DNA from: a virus | Taxonomy: Duplodnaviria > Caudoviricetes | DNA length: 64,000 nt | Direction: 5' to 3' (one strand) | IMG/VR virus record: IMGVR_UViG_3300025000_000055 | Shown here: positions 19,115 to 29,370 of the stretch, in pieces | Position numbering within the stretch: position 1 is the stretch's first letter | Layout: every line of letters begins with the position of its first letter | Position numbers and translations under genes: made by a program | The notes under the pieces: model-generated | Seen by the model: the letters and a program-made list of their open reading frames with translations, nothing else | The model's database searches: none | Told to the model about the DNA's origin: nothing

Positions 19115-20824
19115 TTAGTCATTATTAGTTAATCCCAGTTCCTCTTTTAATTTTTTCATTTCTTCACTTTCATCAGAATCATTTTCTTCAGTTGATTCTA
19201 TTTTATCTGTTAAAATAGTTACACCATTGCCTAAATCATGAACAGATAATGAAGTAAATTCACATCCTCCATTTGATTCATCTACAGAGGATAAATTTTC
19301 ATTATCATGTCGATTAGGTATTGTGCTACCATGTTCAGTAGGATTAAAAACAGTAATAGATAATGAGTCATTATCGCATTGGTATGTTGTCTCATCAGTC
19401 ACTGATACTCCTACATTTCTACCTTCATATGCTTTTTCTAAATCATCTTTTTTATCAATGTTATAAGGATAATCAGATAAAATATCAATATCAACAATTA
19501 CCCTTGAAATTGGTTCTTTATAAATATAACTAAGCTTCTCATTATCATCATGAGGAACAATATTTTTTACTGTTTCTTGAAGATATGTTTTAAGGTTTCT
19601 TAATACTTCTAATTGTTCTTCAGTTAAGATAGCTAGAATGTTATTATCTGTAAAAATTTCATCTTTACGTACATTAACATTAGATTGATTTAAATATTCC
19701 ATCTCGTCTTCACTTAAGTTATTTCTTAATATTTCTAGATACTTATTTTTAGCTTTAATTGAAATAAAGAATAATTCATCAACTGGTACTTTCAAATATT
19801 CTAATAAAATTAATTCCTCTTCTGTAAAATCATCAGCATAATTTTTCATATTACACTCTGCTGTGTCTTTTTTCATGTCAGACCAAGAATTTTCCTGCCT
19901 TTTATCAATAACATCTATTGGGGATAAAATATTTTCAATTTTTATTACTGCGGGTTCATTCATATTACCTTTAATAAGTGGAATAGAATCTAGTGCTTCC
20001 AAATATTTATCATTAGCCTCATCGTAATCAAAATTATGAATATCTTTTTTCATGTTAGTTTCCTCCTTTTGTATATTAGATATAACTTCCTCTTTAGAGT
20101 CACTTTCTACTTCCATTAGAGGTTTAGTTAATTTATATGCCATTTGTTTGGCAATATAATTTTCATTTCTTTCAATTTCCATTGAAATTTTCTTTCTTAA
20201 ATCAATGAATGTGTATTTCTTATTACATTTAGGACATTTTAAATCATGAAAATTATTGTCATAATCAACAAATTGGTTACAAACGGAACATAATAATTCA
20301 TCCCCATTTATACGATAAATATAGGCAAAATCTAGTATTACTAAGTCACCATTATCTCTATACCCCCAATTTAAATAATTTCTAGGTACTGTTCCAACAT
20401 CTCCTAATAAATAGGATTCTGCTAAAATTGATAAAATTGATTGAAGATTTCCTTTTTGTTCTATGAATTCTTCTTTACTTATAACAGTAATATACTCACA
20501 TGCCAATATAAGTTCATTAGTTTCATATACTTTAATTACATAAGGTTGTAATTCATCTGACATTGTGAACTCATTTAAATTATCCTGAATACCCCATTTA
20601 TCTAATGCTATTTTAAAGACATAGTTATCTATTAAAATAGCAAAACGATTGGTTCCTGGTCCTAATTCAACATAATCTAATTTATGTTTATTTAATACTT
20701 CAATCATTATATTAGTTTTTTGATTATTATCAGATATCTTAACCGATTTACACACATTATATAAATCTACTAATAATTGTTTGTTAAAGTATTCCAATAT
20801 TCTACTTCGAATTATTTTTTTCAT
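19115..20824 (-). CDS. Protein-kinase-like protein with Zn finger and acidic tail
   Basis: GPGTNRFA, VFKIALD, DNLNE, DVG...NWG, VILDFAY, then CSVC...CPKC. Confidence 0.7.
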   Translation of the reverse strand: MKKIIRSRILEYFNKQLLVDLYNVCKSVKISDNNQKTNIMIEVLNKHKLDYVELGPGTNRFAILIDNYVFKIALDKWGIQDNLNEFTMSDELQPYVIKVYETNELILACEYITVISKEEFIEQKGNLQSILSILAESYLLGDVGTVPRNYLNWGYRDNGDLVILDFAYIYRINGDELLCSVCNQFVDYDNNFHDLKCPKCNKKYTFIDLRKKISMEIERNENYIAKQMAYKLTKPLMEVESDSKEEVISNIQKEETNMKKDIHNFDYDEANDKYLEALDSIPLIKGNMNEPAVIKIENILSPIDVIDKRQENSWSDMKKDTAECNMKNYADDFTEEELILLEYLKVPVDELFFISIKAKNKYLEILRNNLSEDEMEYLNQSNVNVRKDEIFTDNNILAILTEEQLEVLRNLKTYLQETVKNIVPHDDNEKLSYIYKEPISRVIVDIDILSDYPYNIDKKDDLEKAYEGRNVGVSVTDETTYQCDNDSLSITVFNPTEHGSTIPNRHDNENLSSVDESNGGCEFTSLSVHDLGNGVTILTDKIESTEENDSDESEEMKKLKEELGLTNND

Positions 20825-20869
20825 AATAACAAATCCTTTCGTTATTTTAATAAAATTTAAAGGTTCGAT

Positions 20870-21808
20870 TTAATCATTCAAACCTAAATTACCTGATGTA
20901 AAATTTAACATATCTTCTTGAAAGTCTTCAAAACTATTATAATTATTATCAGTTACAACTCTTGTCATAAAATTATCATTTTTTTTATTTTTCTTTTTTC
21001 TTTTTTTATTTTCTCTGTCTTTTATCAATTTTGTAGCCCTTTTACTAACACCTTTCTCTTTCATAAGTTTAATAGAATTCCAGCCCATATCATTAAGATT
21101 TTGATAAACTCTTAATTCTTCAGCTGTGTCTCTAGTAACAAACCTTCCATTATAATGAATGACCTCATCCTGTTTAGTAGTATCTTGTATTTTATCAAAA
21201 TAATTACCATTCATTAATTCATTCAGTTTAGGAATATATTCTTTTTGTTTAGACTGTTTAATTTTTTCTTTACTTTCAAAGAACTCAGCTAATAAATCTA
21301 TGTTATGTATCGACTTTAATTTTTTATCTGGAATTGCTGTAACAGCACCATCTTTAATAATTTCTAAAACAACCTTATCGGTTATTTTAGAAGATTTAAA
21401 TTCTTGTATCTCATCATTATTAATTAATAATAACTTATCAATAATTTCTTCATCAGGATAAAGATGTTTAGTTCTACTTAGAATAATCTTATTCTTTATT
21501 AAAAATTTATTGATAACATTGTTTCTCATTCTTGGTTTAGCTGGAATAAATTCATTAATCATATCATTTCTTATTTTAATCTTTAATATTTCTATACCAC
21601 CATGTTTTTTAGCTAATTTATCCATATATTCATCATAAACCATCAAACCTACCATATAGTCATTTATGTTTTTATATCTTCTCCTAATCTTTTTAGCGGA
21701 TTTTTCTAGTTCCGTAGAAGGTTCTTCAGAACCTCTATGATAATTATCACCAAAGTCATTTACATAAACTTCAAATAAAAATTCATTTTTATTAATTGAA
21801 ACTTCCAT
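20870..21808 (-). CDS. Hypothetical protein
   Basis: 312 aa ORF with SD and early motif upstream. Confidence 0.75.
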   Translation of the reverse strand: MEVSINKNEFLFEVYVNDFGDNYHRGSEEPSTELEKSAKKIRRRYKNINDYMVGLMVYDEYMDKLAKKHGGIEILKIKIRNDMINEFIPAKPRMRNNVINKFLIKNKIILSRTKHLYPDEEIIDKLLLINNDEIQEFKSSKITDKVVLEIIKDGAVTAIPDKKLKSIHNIDLLAEFFESKEKIKQSKQKEYIPKLNELMNGNYFDKIQDTTKQDEVIHYNGRFVTRDTAEELRVYQNLNDMGWNSIKLMKEKGVSKRATKLIKDRENKKRKKKNKKNDNFMTRVVTDNNYNSFEDFQEDMLNFTSGNLGLND

Positions 21809-21873
21809 CTAACCCTCACACTCCCAAATATTTCTTATTTATAATAATAATATATATTTTAATAATTAGATTA

Positions 21874-21919
21874 TTAAATTAGCATTAGAGTTTAATTCTT
21901 AACTCTAATGCTAATTTAA
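21874..21919. terminator. Terminator hairpin
   Basis: 19-bp arms TTAAATTAGCATTAGAGTT / AACTCTAATGCTAATTTAA. Confidence 0.8.
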
Positions 21920-21925
21920 ATAAAA

Positions 21926-22903
21926 CTATATCATCTTAGGTGCATATTGATTTTTAAAAGTTAAAATATTATCTATAACTAATTTAACCCATGTATCTAA
22001 ATTAGGTTTATTTAGTAAGTCATCACTAATTTCTAGTACAACCAACTTATGTTTTTCCGGTTCACCAGTTTGAATCTTATTTATAATATCATTAATATCA
22101 GTAACTTGTATATGATATATTAAACCAAAATGTTCACTTTCAGTTAGTGTCATGTATCCATTATATGTAAAGCTTGGTAATAATGGTATTGGTAAATAGA
22201 TATCATCTTTTAATATTAATTCTTCTTCTATCTCCCGCATAAGATTTTCTCTTAATATTGTAAATTGATTTTTAAGATAGCATGAACGCGTAAATTTAAC
22301 ATGACCTTGAATCATAGTTATTTTACTTTTCATTTTTCCATCAAGTGATTCTAAAAGAAGAATGTTTTTATTATCAGTTATATAACACGCTACTACTAAT
22401 TGTTTATAAAGTAAGTCATATTCAGCTTTAAATCTAGGAATAAAAATAAAATCATCGTCTTCTAAAAAAGTTTTATCATTTTTAAATAAAGGTTTATTTT
22501 CATTAGAAAATACTTTAGTTACAATATTCATATCCTCATCATACTCTTTTGATTGAAGTGAAAGACCATTATGTGGATGAACTAAGCCGACTAAAGAGTT
22601 CATTCTTCTTATTTCATCATATTCAATATAATTTTTATTATCATTCATAGCTTTTATATTAAATTTACTAGGTATACAAACTAATTGTTCTAAATTTTTA
22701 GAATCATTATATAAATGAGCTTCAATAGAATTTTTTATTCTTTTATAGTCATCTGACTTTATTGGATAATTAAATAAATCTTCTGCAAGATATTGTAAGT
22801 TCCCTCTCACCTCATATAACACTCCCTCATATTTTTTATTATTTAGGTGTTCCTTCTTGATTAATTTTATACTTTTTATAAGCTTCTTTAATAGCTCTAT
22901 CAC
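21926..22903 (-). CDS. Nudix hydrolase (true start uncertain; overlaps the RNase H end)
   Basis: QGHVKF...RENLMREIEEEL Nudix box, HFGLIY. Confidence 0.8.
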   Translation of the reverse strand: MIELLKKLIKSIKLIKKEHLNNKKYEGVLYEVRGNLQYLAEDLFNYPIKSDDYKRIKNSIEAHLYNDSKNLEQLVCIPSKFNIKAMNDNKNYIEYDEIRRMNSLVGLVHPHNGLSLQSKEYDEDMNIVTKVFSNENKPLFKNDKTFLEDDDFIFIPRFKAEYDLLYKQLVVACYITDNKNILLLESLDGKMKSKITMIQGHVKFTRSCYLKNQFTILRENLMREIEEELILKDDIYLPIPLLPSFTYNGYMTLTESEHFGLIYHIQVTDINDIINKIQTGEPEKHKLVVLEISDDLLNKPNLDTWVKLVIDNILTFKNQYAPKMI

Positions 22904-23426
22904 ACTCTTTATTATTTAAATATGCTCCTAAAAAATCTTCATAACTAATATCACATTTATTAAATTTATTAAAATACTTATGCTGTTGATATGTTTTATA
23001 TAAAGGCATATGTGAATTAATATGAAATATTCTTACTTTTTTTAACTTATTTAATAATTTAAAAGCTTTAATAATATATTCTTGATTAGCCACTATAGTT
23101 AGCTTTGATGTATATAACACTCCTTCAACAGAAGTTTTTAACCAATTATATATCCATTCTGTTAATGATTTTACACATAATAAAGAATCAGTATATAGTT
23201 CAATTGTATAATTATCAATTTTACTTACAGAGATATATTCATTTACTAATTCTAAAGATTTTTGTATAGAGTAAATTTCAGCAAAATTATTAGTTTTATC
23301 TTCAACAATTATTTCATCCTTAAGTAATAACTCATCATCTTTAAATATTCTATATGAAGAAACCGCTGTAAATTTCTTATTGCTCTTTTTAAATCCACCA
23401 CCATCTGTAAATATTCTTATTTTCAT
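22839..23426 (-). CDS. rnhA: Ribonuclease HI
   Basis: IFTDGG, TNNFAE, YTDS, HINSH, NKECD. Confidence 0.9.
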   Translation of the reverse strand: MKIRIFTDGGGFKKSNKKFTAVSSYRIFKDDELLLKDEIIVEDKTNNFAEIYSIQKSLELVNEYISVSKIDNYTIELYTDSLLCVKSLTEWIYNWLKTSVEGVLYTSKLTIVANQEYIIKAFKLLNKLKKVRIFHINSHMPLYKTYQQHKYFNKFNKCDISYEDFLGAYLNNKECDRAIKEAYKKYKINQEGTPK

Positions 23427-23546
23427 TTTTACACCCCCTCATATTTTTTTTACATTTTATTTATATTTTTTTAAACAAATATATAATGGGATTGTGGAAA
23501 CAAAACCACATACTTTCATTACATCCTTACCTCCTTTATTTATATA

Positions 23547-23585
23547 TTTCCTTACTAGAAGAAACGGGCTCTTCTAGTAAGGAAA
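23547..23585. terminator. Terminator hairpin
   Basis: TTTCCTTACTAGAAGA / TCTTCTAGTAAGGAAA. Confidence 0.8.
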
Positions 23586-23600
23586 CTATCTTATCGTTGT

Positions 23601-24263
23601 TTATGAAGCATCTTCAATAATTTGTGGAAAGGTAAATCCTTTTATTTCAAGATAAATATATTTTTTCTCTAAAATACTCATATCAGGTTCACTAAGTTCT
23701 TTAGATATTTTAAATTTAGCTTCAAGTAATGATAATAAATCTTTAGATATATACTTTTCATATTCTTCAATAAAAGATACAAAATTACCAAATAGATTTT
23801 GTAAAGGTATAAATAATTTACCGTTATGAACTAATTCATGAACTGTAACACATAACGGTATTAAACCTACAGTATTTTTATAATGAAGTAGTACAACCTC
23901 TTCAGCTATTAATAAAGGGATTATATCTTTTTCCTCATTAACCCATTTATCTAAAACTATTTGTGTTAAATCAAATAAAGTAAATGGCTCATGATGAATC
24001 TCAATAGAAATTTTTTTGGTATTCTTATTATTAATATTGTTAAAAAAAGAACATAAAGTCATATCAATTTCATCTCTTAAGTATTGTATATATTGTTTAT
24101 ATTCCATCGAGCTTCGAACTATTCTTTCAATAGTTTTTATAAGCTTAATTTTATCCTTCTCATTCATAATAATAACATTACGAGTTGTTGTCGGTATTTC
24201 ATTTATTTTTACATATTCAATTTTATTCTTATTTTCATAATTATCAATTTTAGGCATTCTCAT
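23601..24263 (-). CDS. Conserved 220-aa protein with HNH-like His motif; paralog of 15497..16159
   Basis: CSFF...IEIHHEPFTLFD...CVTVHELVH...FGNF. Confidence 0.65.
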   Translation of the reverse strand: MRMPKIDNYENKNKIEYVKINEIPTTTRNVIIMNEKDKIKLIKTIERIVRSSMEYKQYIQYLRDEIDMTLCSFFNNINNKNTKKISIEIHHEPFTLFDLTQIVLDKWVNEEKDIIPLLIAEEVVLLHYKNTVGLIPLCVTVHELVHNGKLFIPLQNLFGNFVSFIEEYEKYISKDLLSLLEAKFKISKELSEPDMSILEKKYIYLEIKGFTFPQIIEDAS

Positions 24264-24335
24264 TTTTTATCACTCTCCATTTCTTATATTTTCTTTATTT
24301 AATTGTTGAAAATAAGAAATAAGAGTGATAAAATA

Positions 24336-24818
24336 TTAATATCGTCTTTCAATAAATTCCATTATCATTTTTTCTCTATCTAAATAAGAAAATTCACTTT
24401 CTTCTATTCCGTAATCTTCATCCATTATTATCTTGAGTATATTCATAAATTTTTTAATAGTTTTTTTAACTTTATGTCTTTCATTATCACTAAGATTAAA
24501 AAATTTAATAATTTCTTTCAAATCAATAATAGAAATTTCTAAATCTATTAAAAACTGATGAAATGATTCAGCAAATGCGGTTTCTTCATATTCAAAAACA
24601 GGAATATTATCATCGAAGCATATAAGTTCATATGATGAAAAATTACTTAATTCTTCAATACATGATCTATGTAATTTATTTTTTTTAACTTTTTTTATCT
24701 TATAATGTTTTTTACCCCTTTTCTCTAAAAATAAGTCTACTAATTTTTTTTTATCACTATGACCTAAAAACATTCCTGATTTTTTATTAAGAAAAAAATA
24801 TATAAACATATTAATCAC
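24336..24818 (-). CDS. Hypothetical protein
   Basis: 160 aa; loosely similar layout to 30516..30980. Confidence 0.7.
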   Translation of the reverse strand: MINMFIYFFLNKKSGMFLGHSDKKKLVDLFLEKRGKKHYKIKKVKKNKLHRSCIEELSNFSSYELICFDDNIPVFEYEETAFAESFHQFLIDLEISIIDLKEIIKFFNLSDNERHKVKKTIKKFMNILKIIMDEDYGIEESEFSYLDREKMIMEFIERRY

Positions 24819-25060
24819 TTCTTTCCAACCTTTAACTTATTTTTATCTTCTTTTAATATTTTTTTAACTTTTAAATATTTATTTATGTCTTTAATAGATT
24901 TACTTTTTTTCATACCTTTAGTATGTTTATTAATTATATCAATTAACTCTTTATCCTGAAATTCATCATTAAAAAATTTAGTGAAATATTTAAATCTTTC
25001 ACATACACCATCTACTTTATCAACAAATTCATCTATAATAATACTTTTATTATCAATCAT
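24815..25060 (-). CDS. Hypothetical protein
   Basis: 81 aa, overlaps the start of the next gene. Confidence 0.7.
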   Translation of the reverse strand: MIDNKSIIIDEFVDKVDGVCERFKYFTKFFNDEFQDKELIDIINKHTKGMKKSKSIKDINKYLKVKKILKEDKNKLKVGKK

Positions 25061-25083
25061 AGGCCCTCATCTCCCATACTAAA

Positions 25084-25131
25084 AATATAATAAAGGTGTA
25101 AAGTATTTTTACTTTACACCTTTATTATATT
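25084..25131. terminator. Terminator hairpin
   Basis: ATAATAAAGGTGTAAAGTA / TACTTTACACCTTTATTAT. Confidence 0.8.
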
Positions 25132-26096
25132 TAACTATTTAAATATTCTTGTAATATACCAATTATACTGGTAAAAACTTTATCATTTTTTATTATAAAT
25201 CCGGCAGCTTTAGCATGTCCTCCACCACCAAAATGTTTCTCAGCCCATTTACCTAAATGGACATCATTTTCATTACTCCTTAAATCAACCTTACCCGATG
25301 TTAAATCAATCATTAGTGCAACATCAATTTCAGGATATTTTTCACATATTTTATTACCTAAAATACTAATAAAATCTGTAAATGAATTAATAAATACAAT
25401 ACCGGCCACATACCCTTTAATTTCAGCTATATGAACTTTTTCTAATTTCTTTTCAATAAATATTTCTTCTTTCTGTTTTATTCTATTTACTAGTATTTGT
25501 AATTCTGGATCAATCAAATCTTCCTGGTTTTTAATACTAACCTTCATACTATTTTTAAAGAGTTCTAATCCTAACAAACTACACGCTATACTTAAATCAT
25601 AGGCTTCAAAATTATTCTTTTTATACCATCTATAAGTATCATATTCAGTTACAAGGTAAATAAATTTATGCAATTTCCAATAAGTTCTACTGAATAATAC
25701 ACTATCAATCATATTTTTTTTATAATATTCCCCTATCAATTCAGTCCCTGATGTTAATATACCAACCCTTTCACTTATTACTTCGGCCCAGGAATAACGA
25801 TTTAAAAACTTGTTTGTATCGTGGTGATCTCTTAAAACTATTTCAAAGTCAGGTCTATTACTTATGTATAAATCTATAAGTTTAGCTGTTTCTAATGGAA
25901 CACCCATATCAGTAATAATTAATTTATCGAATTTATCAGCATGATTATTTAAAAAATCCTGAACTATTGTTCCTATTTTGAGTCTATCTACAAATCTAGT
26001 ATACACTTTATTACCTAGTGCTTCTTCAAATATTTCAATAACTACACCACAACCAGCACCATCTAGATCCCTATCAGTAAAAGATTGAACATTCAT
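25131..26096 (-). CDS. DHH/DHHA1 family phosphoesterase
   Basis: DRDLDGAG, IITD, DHHD, GGGHAKAAG. Confidence 0.92.
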   Translation of the reverse strand: MNVQSFTDRDLDGAGCGVVIEIFEEALGNKVYTRFVDRLKIGTIVQDFLNNHADKFDKLIITDMGVPLETAKLIDLYISNRPDFEIVLRDHHDTNKFLNRYSWAEVISERVGILTSGTELIGEYYKKNMIDSVLFSRTYWKLHKFIYLVTEYDTYRWYKKNNFEAYDLSIACSLLGLELFKNSMKVSIKNQEDLIDPELQILVNRIKQKEEIFIEKKLEKVHIAEIKGYVAGIVFINSFTDFISILGNKICEKYPEIDVALMIDLTSGKVDLRSNENDVHLGKWAEKHFGGGGHAKAAGFIIKNDKVFTSIIGILQEYLNS

Positions 26097-26192
26097 TATT
26101 CAACATCTCCCTATAATTATATTTTTTATCCTTATTTGAATAATATATAAATGAAGAAGATGAAGATTTTATTCTCCATCTTCTTTATAAAA

Positions 26193-26660
26193 TTATTCAC
26201 TTGTTGTTTCGTCTGTTTGAGTTTGAAGTATTGTAACTCCTTCGAGTAATACATTATTAAATTTTTCTTTAACAATGAAGTTTTGAATATTAATATATAT
26301 CCAATCCTCAACATCACCGTATATCATTGATAACTGTTCCTTTGTATTTTCTGATAAAGTATTTAAAACAGTTTCAATTGCACCTGTGGTAATATCATTA
26401 ATTTCCTCTTCTGTTAATTTTCCATCCGAAGCGGCAACTTTTAATTTACCAACAGTAGTTTGGTTTAAAGAAATTACAACCTTGCGAATTATATCTAAGG
26501 CGTTGTCAATATATTTATTAACTTTTTCATTTTTAACACTGTCTTTAACATTATTAATTTTTATATTCATAAATGAAGATAGTTGTGCTCCCAATACTGT
26601 AATAAGAATAGATATAATACCTAAAATTAATTGTGTGATTGAGACATTGTTTACTTCCAT
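26193..26660 (-). CDS. Putative holin (LL-H-like)
   Basis: Single N-terminal TM helix, then VISLNQT...DGKLTEEE; late motif upstream. Confidence 0.65.
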   Translation of the reverse strand: MEVNNVSITQLILGIISILITVLGAQLSSFMNIKINNVKDSVKNEKVNKYIDNALDIIRKVVISLNQTTVGKLKVAASDGKLTEEEINDITTGAIETVLNTLSENTKEQLSMIYGDVEDWIYINIQNFIVKEKFNNVLLEGVTILQTQTDETTSE

Positions 26661-26699
26661 AATAATAAACCCCCTTTTTATTTTTTAATTAGTTGTTTA

Positions 26700-28031
26700 T
26701 TATATATTTTTAAATTTATTTTTTACTTCTTCCATTTTACCACATGTTAAACTACCTTCTTTACATTTACCTTTGACACATGGGGGTTCAGCCTCTTCGA
26801 ATAATAGCTTTGATATTTTTTTCAATTCAATAACTTTCTTAGTTGAATTTTCTCTTATTTCTGTTGCAGCTGTCATACATAACCTATCTTTTAACATTTC
26901 AACATCATCTCTTGCATTATTACTGATAAAATATTTTATCATATCACAATTAAGTAGCATTGATAGAGGTAAATCTTTACCATATTTGATATACATATCA
27001 ATTCTAAATTTTTGTATGTCGTAAATTAATTGTTTATATGAATCAATAAAAATAGAATTTCTTATTGATTCAGGAATATAAAATTCTCTATTGATATTAT
27101 CAAGAATGATGTTTAATAAATCTTCCCTTACTATAGTAGGAATTCTATGTCTTATTTGTTGATGATATGATGATAAACTACATGACAATAAGAAAGAACT
27201 TCTACAATGTTCAGCTATACCTTTATGACCATATCCAAGAACCCTATCTATAACTTTTACTAATTCATCTTGATTATTTTCATATTTATCTGCAAATGCT
27301 TCAGTTGGTGATTGTTGTGTGCTTGTAAGTGCTGCTAATCCAACATTTTCATTAGCATGTAAGGAAAATGATGAATTTAATGATACACAATCACCTGTTG
27401 TAGTAATATTATTAAAAAGGTATGTTTTATATCCATCTAATATATTAGAATCATATGTTGTTTCTCTTTTAAAATCTTCAATTGTTAGTCCAAAAAGGTT
27501 TAATAAAACTTTTTTTATTATTAAATTAATAAGCTCATCATTAATATGTTTATACTCAGCAAGATAAAATAACATATCAATTAATTTATCTCCAGTTAAA
27601 GATATACTAATATTTGTCTTAGTTGCTAAAGGTAAACTATATCGAGCATCTTCAAAAGTAATACCATGTTTAAAATCTTCCACTTTAGGTCTACCTTTAC
27701 AACCTTCTTTAACTTCACTCATTTTTGAATATAAACTAAAACACTCTTCTATTAAAAAATGCGCCTTATTAGTATCTTCTTCATCAAATCCTTTTAGTTT
27801 ATTATATGCATCTGAATTCATTTGAACATATCTTTGACTTTGTTGAACATATGAATCTTTACACTCACAAATTAATGTACTTTGTACTCTATTAATCCCT
27901 TCTAATATAAAAAAAATATTTGTGAATTTTAATAACTCACGTAATTCACTCATACAAGGTTTAATATTATTATCACTTATTAATTCTTTAATAGTTAATA
28001 ATCCATCTGTATTTACAACTGTTACTTCCAT
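26700..28031 (-). CDS. thyX: Flavin-dependent thymidylate synthase, tandem two-domain form
   Basis: Domain 1 SYVQQSQRY and EDARYSLP; domain 2 GHKGIAEH, HQQIRHR, RLCMTAATEIR. Confidence 0.85.
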   Translation of the reverse strand: MEVTVVNTDGLLTIKELISDNNIKPCMSELRELLKFTNIFFILEGINRVQSTLICECKDSYVQQSQRYVQMNSDAYNKLKGFDEEDTNKAHFLIEECFSLYSKMSEVKEGCKGRPKVEDFKHGITFEDARYSLPLATKTNISISLTGDKLIDMLFYLAEYKHINDELINLIIKKVLLNLFGLTIEDFKRETTYDSNILDGYKTYLFNNITTTGDCVSLNSSFSLHANENVGLAALTSTQQSPTEAFADKYENNQDELVKVIDRVLGYGHKGIAEHCRSSFLLSCSLSSYHQQIRHRIPTIVREDLLNIILDNINREFYIPESIRNSIFIDSYKQLIYDIQKFRIDMYIKYGKDLPLSMLLNCDMIKYFISNNARDDVEMLKDRLCMTAATEIRENSTKKVIELKKISKLLFEEAEPPCVKGKCKEGSLTCGKMEEVKNKFKNI

Positions 28032-28071
28032 TTTCTCATTACCCCTTTTATTTTTTATTTTAACTATTTAA

Positions 28072-29163
28072 TTAGTTAGTATTCCTTAAAATTGTAATAA
28101 TTCTATATGCTTCAATTCTATCACTATTTTTTTCTTCCTCACTTAATTTTTCATAACATGTATCTATTTGTCTAGCCCATCTTTCGACAAATTCTTGAGG
28201 GATAGTAAGTGAGCCATTTTCATTTGTAATACATTTAGTAAATAAATATTCCATCCAACCGGACCACATCTGATGACATAAATCAGATAAAGTTTCTTTT
28301 ATTTTATATGAATTTTCTCTCATTTCATCAAAACTAATTTTATTAATAATTTCCTTGTTATCAATATTTAAAAACCCAATAATTTCACTATAAATTTTAC
28401 ACTTATCAAATTCTTTTAAACTAAAAGAAAATTCTCTTTTTCCTTCCAATAAATTAATAATTCTTTTTCTTTCCTCTTTAACACCTTTTTCTTTGTTAAT
28501 TTGAGCAAATTCTTTTAATGTATCAATACGTTGTTTTTCACACCAAATAGGTTCTGGTTCATATAATGATAATAAAATCTTACCATTATCTTTTAATTTT
28601 TCTATTTCTGAATTAATTAAATCATTAATTTGAATTAATGGAATATTTACATCTTTTAATAAGTTAATAGCCTCAATGTCATTATAAAGTTCATCATATA
28701 TAACTCTTTTAATACCTTTATGAAAAATTATTTTAGCACATAAAAAACATGGTGAACAGTTAACAAATAAATCACCATCACGTGCATTATCACCAGCTTT
28801 ATCTAAAGCTTGAAATTCAGCATGTATTGAATTACAAATATCTGCTCTGGCACCAGAAGATATATTTTCTTTTTTTCTTCTACATATATCTTTACAATTA
28901 ATAGTGTAGTTATGAGCTTCTGCAATAATCTTATCATTTTTTACAATAACACAACCAACTTTTCTACTTAAACATGTAGAATTTTTAGATAGTTTATATG
29001 CTCTAGCCATATATTCACTATATTTTAATTTTATTAAAGCACTTTCTTTTCGATGTAAAAAACAATCTAATTTTTTTGATTTATAAATACCACTACAATC
29101 CATTTGATGTAATTGGAAACAAGTTTGACATTCTTCATGTAAACTATTATTTTCATTTTTCAT
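28072..29163 (-). CDS. dCMP deaminase fused to a C-terminal RyR-like domain (start probably ATG 29163)
   Basis: STCLSRKVGCVIV, SIHAE, SPCFLC; C-terminal HQMWSGW...YEKLSEEEKNSDR. Confidence 0.85.
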   Translation of the reverse strand: MKNENNSLHEECQTCFQLHQMDCSGIYKSKKLDCFLHRKESALIKLKYSEYMARAYKLSKNSTCLSRKVGCVIVKNDKIIAEAHNYTINCKDICRRKKENISSGARADICNSIHAEFQALDKAGDNARDGDLFVNCSPCFLCAKIIFHKGIKRVIYDELYNDIEAINLLKDVNIPLIQINDLINSEIEKLKDNGKILLSLYEPEPIWCEKQRIDTLKEFAQINKEKGVKEERKRIINLLEGKREFSFSLKEFDKCKIYSEIIGFLNIDNKEIINKISFDEMRENSYKIKETLSDLCHQMWSGWMEYLFTKCITNENGSLTIPQEFVERWARQIDTCYEKLSEEEKNSDRIEAYRIITILRNTN

Positions 29164-29370
29164 ACAGTTCACTCCTTTAGATTTTTTTTCTTAAAGATTT
29201 CCATATTATTAATATAAAGACATTATATATTCATATGAGTTTATATCTACACCACCGACATTTTTCTATTAAATAATAATTTTCAATATCATTTCCAATA
29301 ATAAATACCTTTCTTTTTTATTATTTAAGTAATTTTAATATCCTGGATATATCTTATATAATCCTTAACA

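Noticed and set aside
22839-22903. Programmed frameshift fusing RNase H and Nudix
   Set aside because: The overlap is more simply explained by an over-extended Nudix start call; no convincing slippery site.
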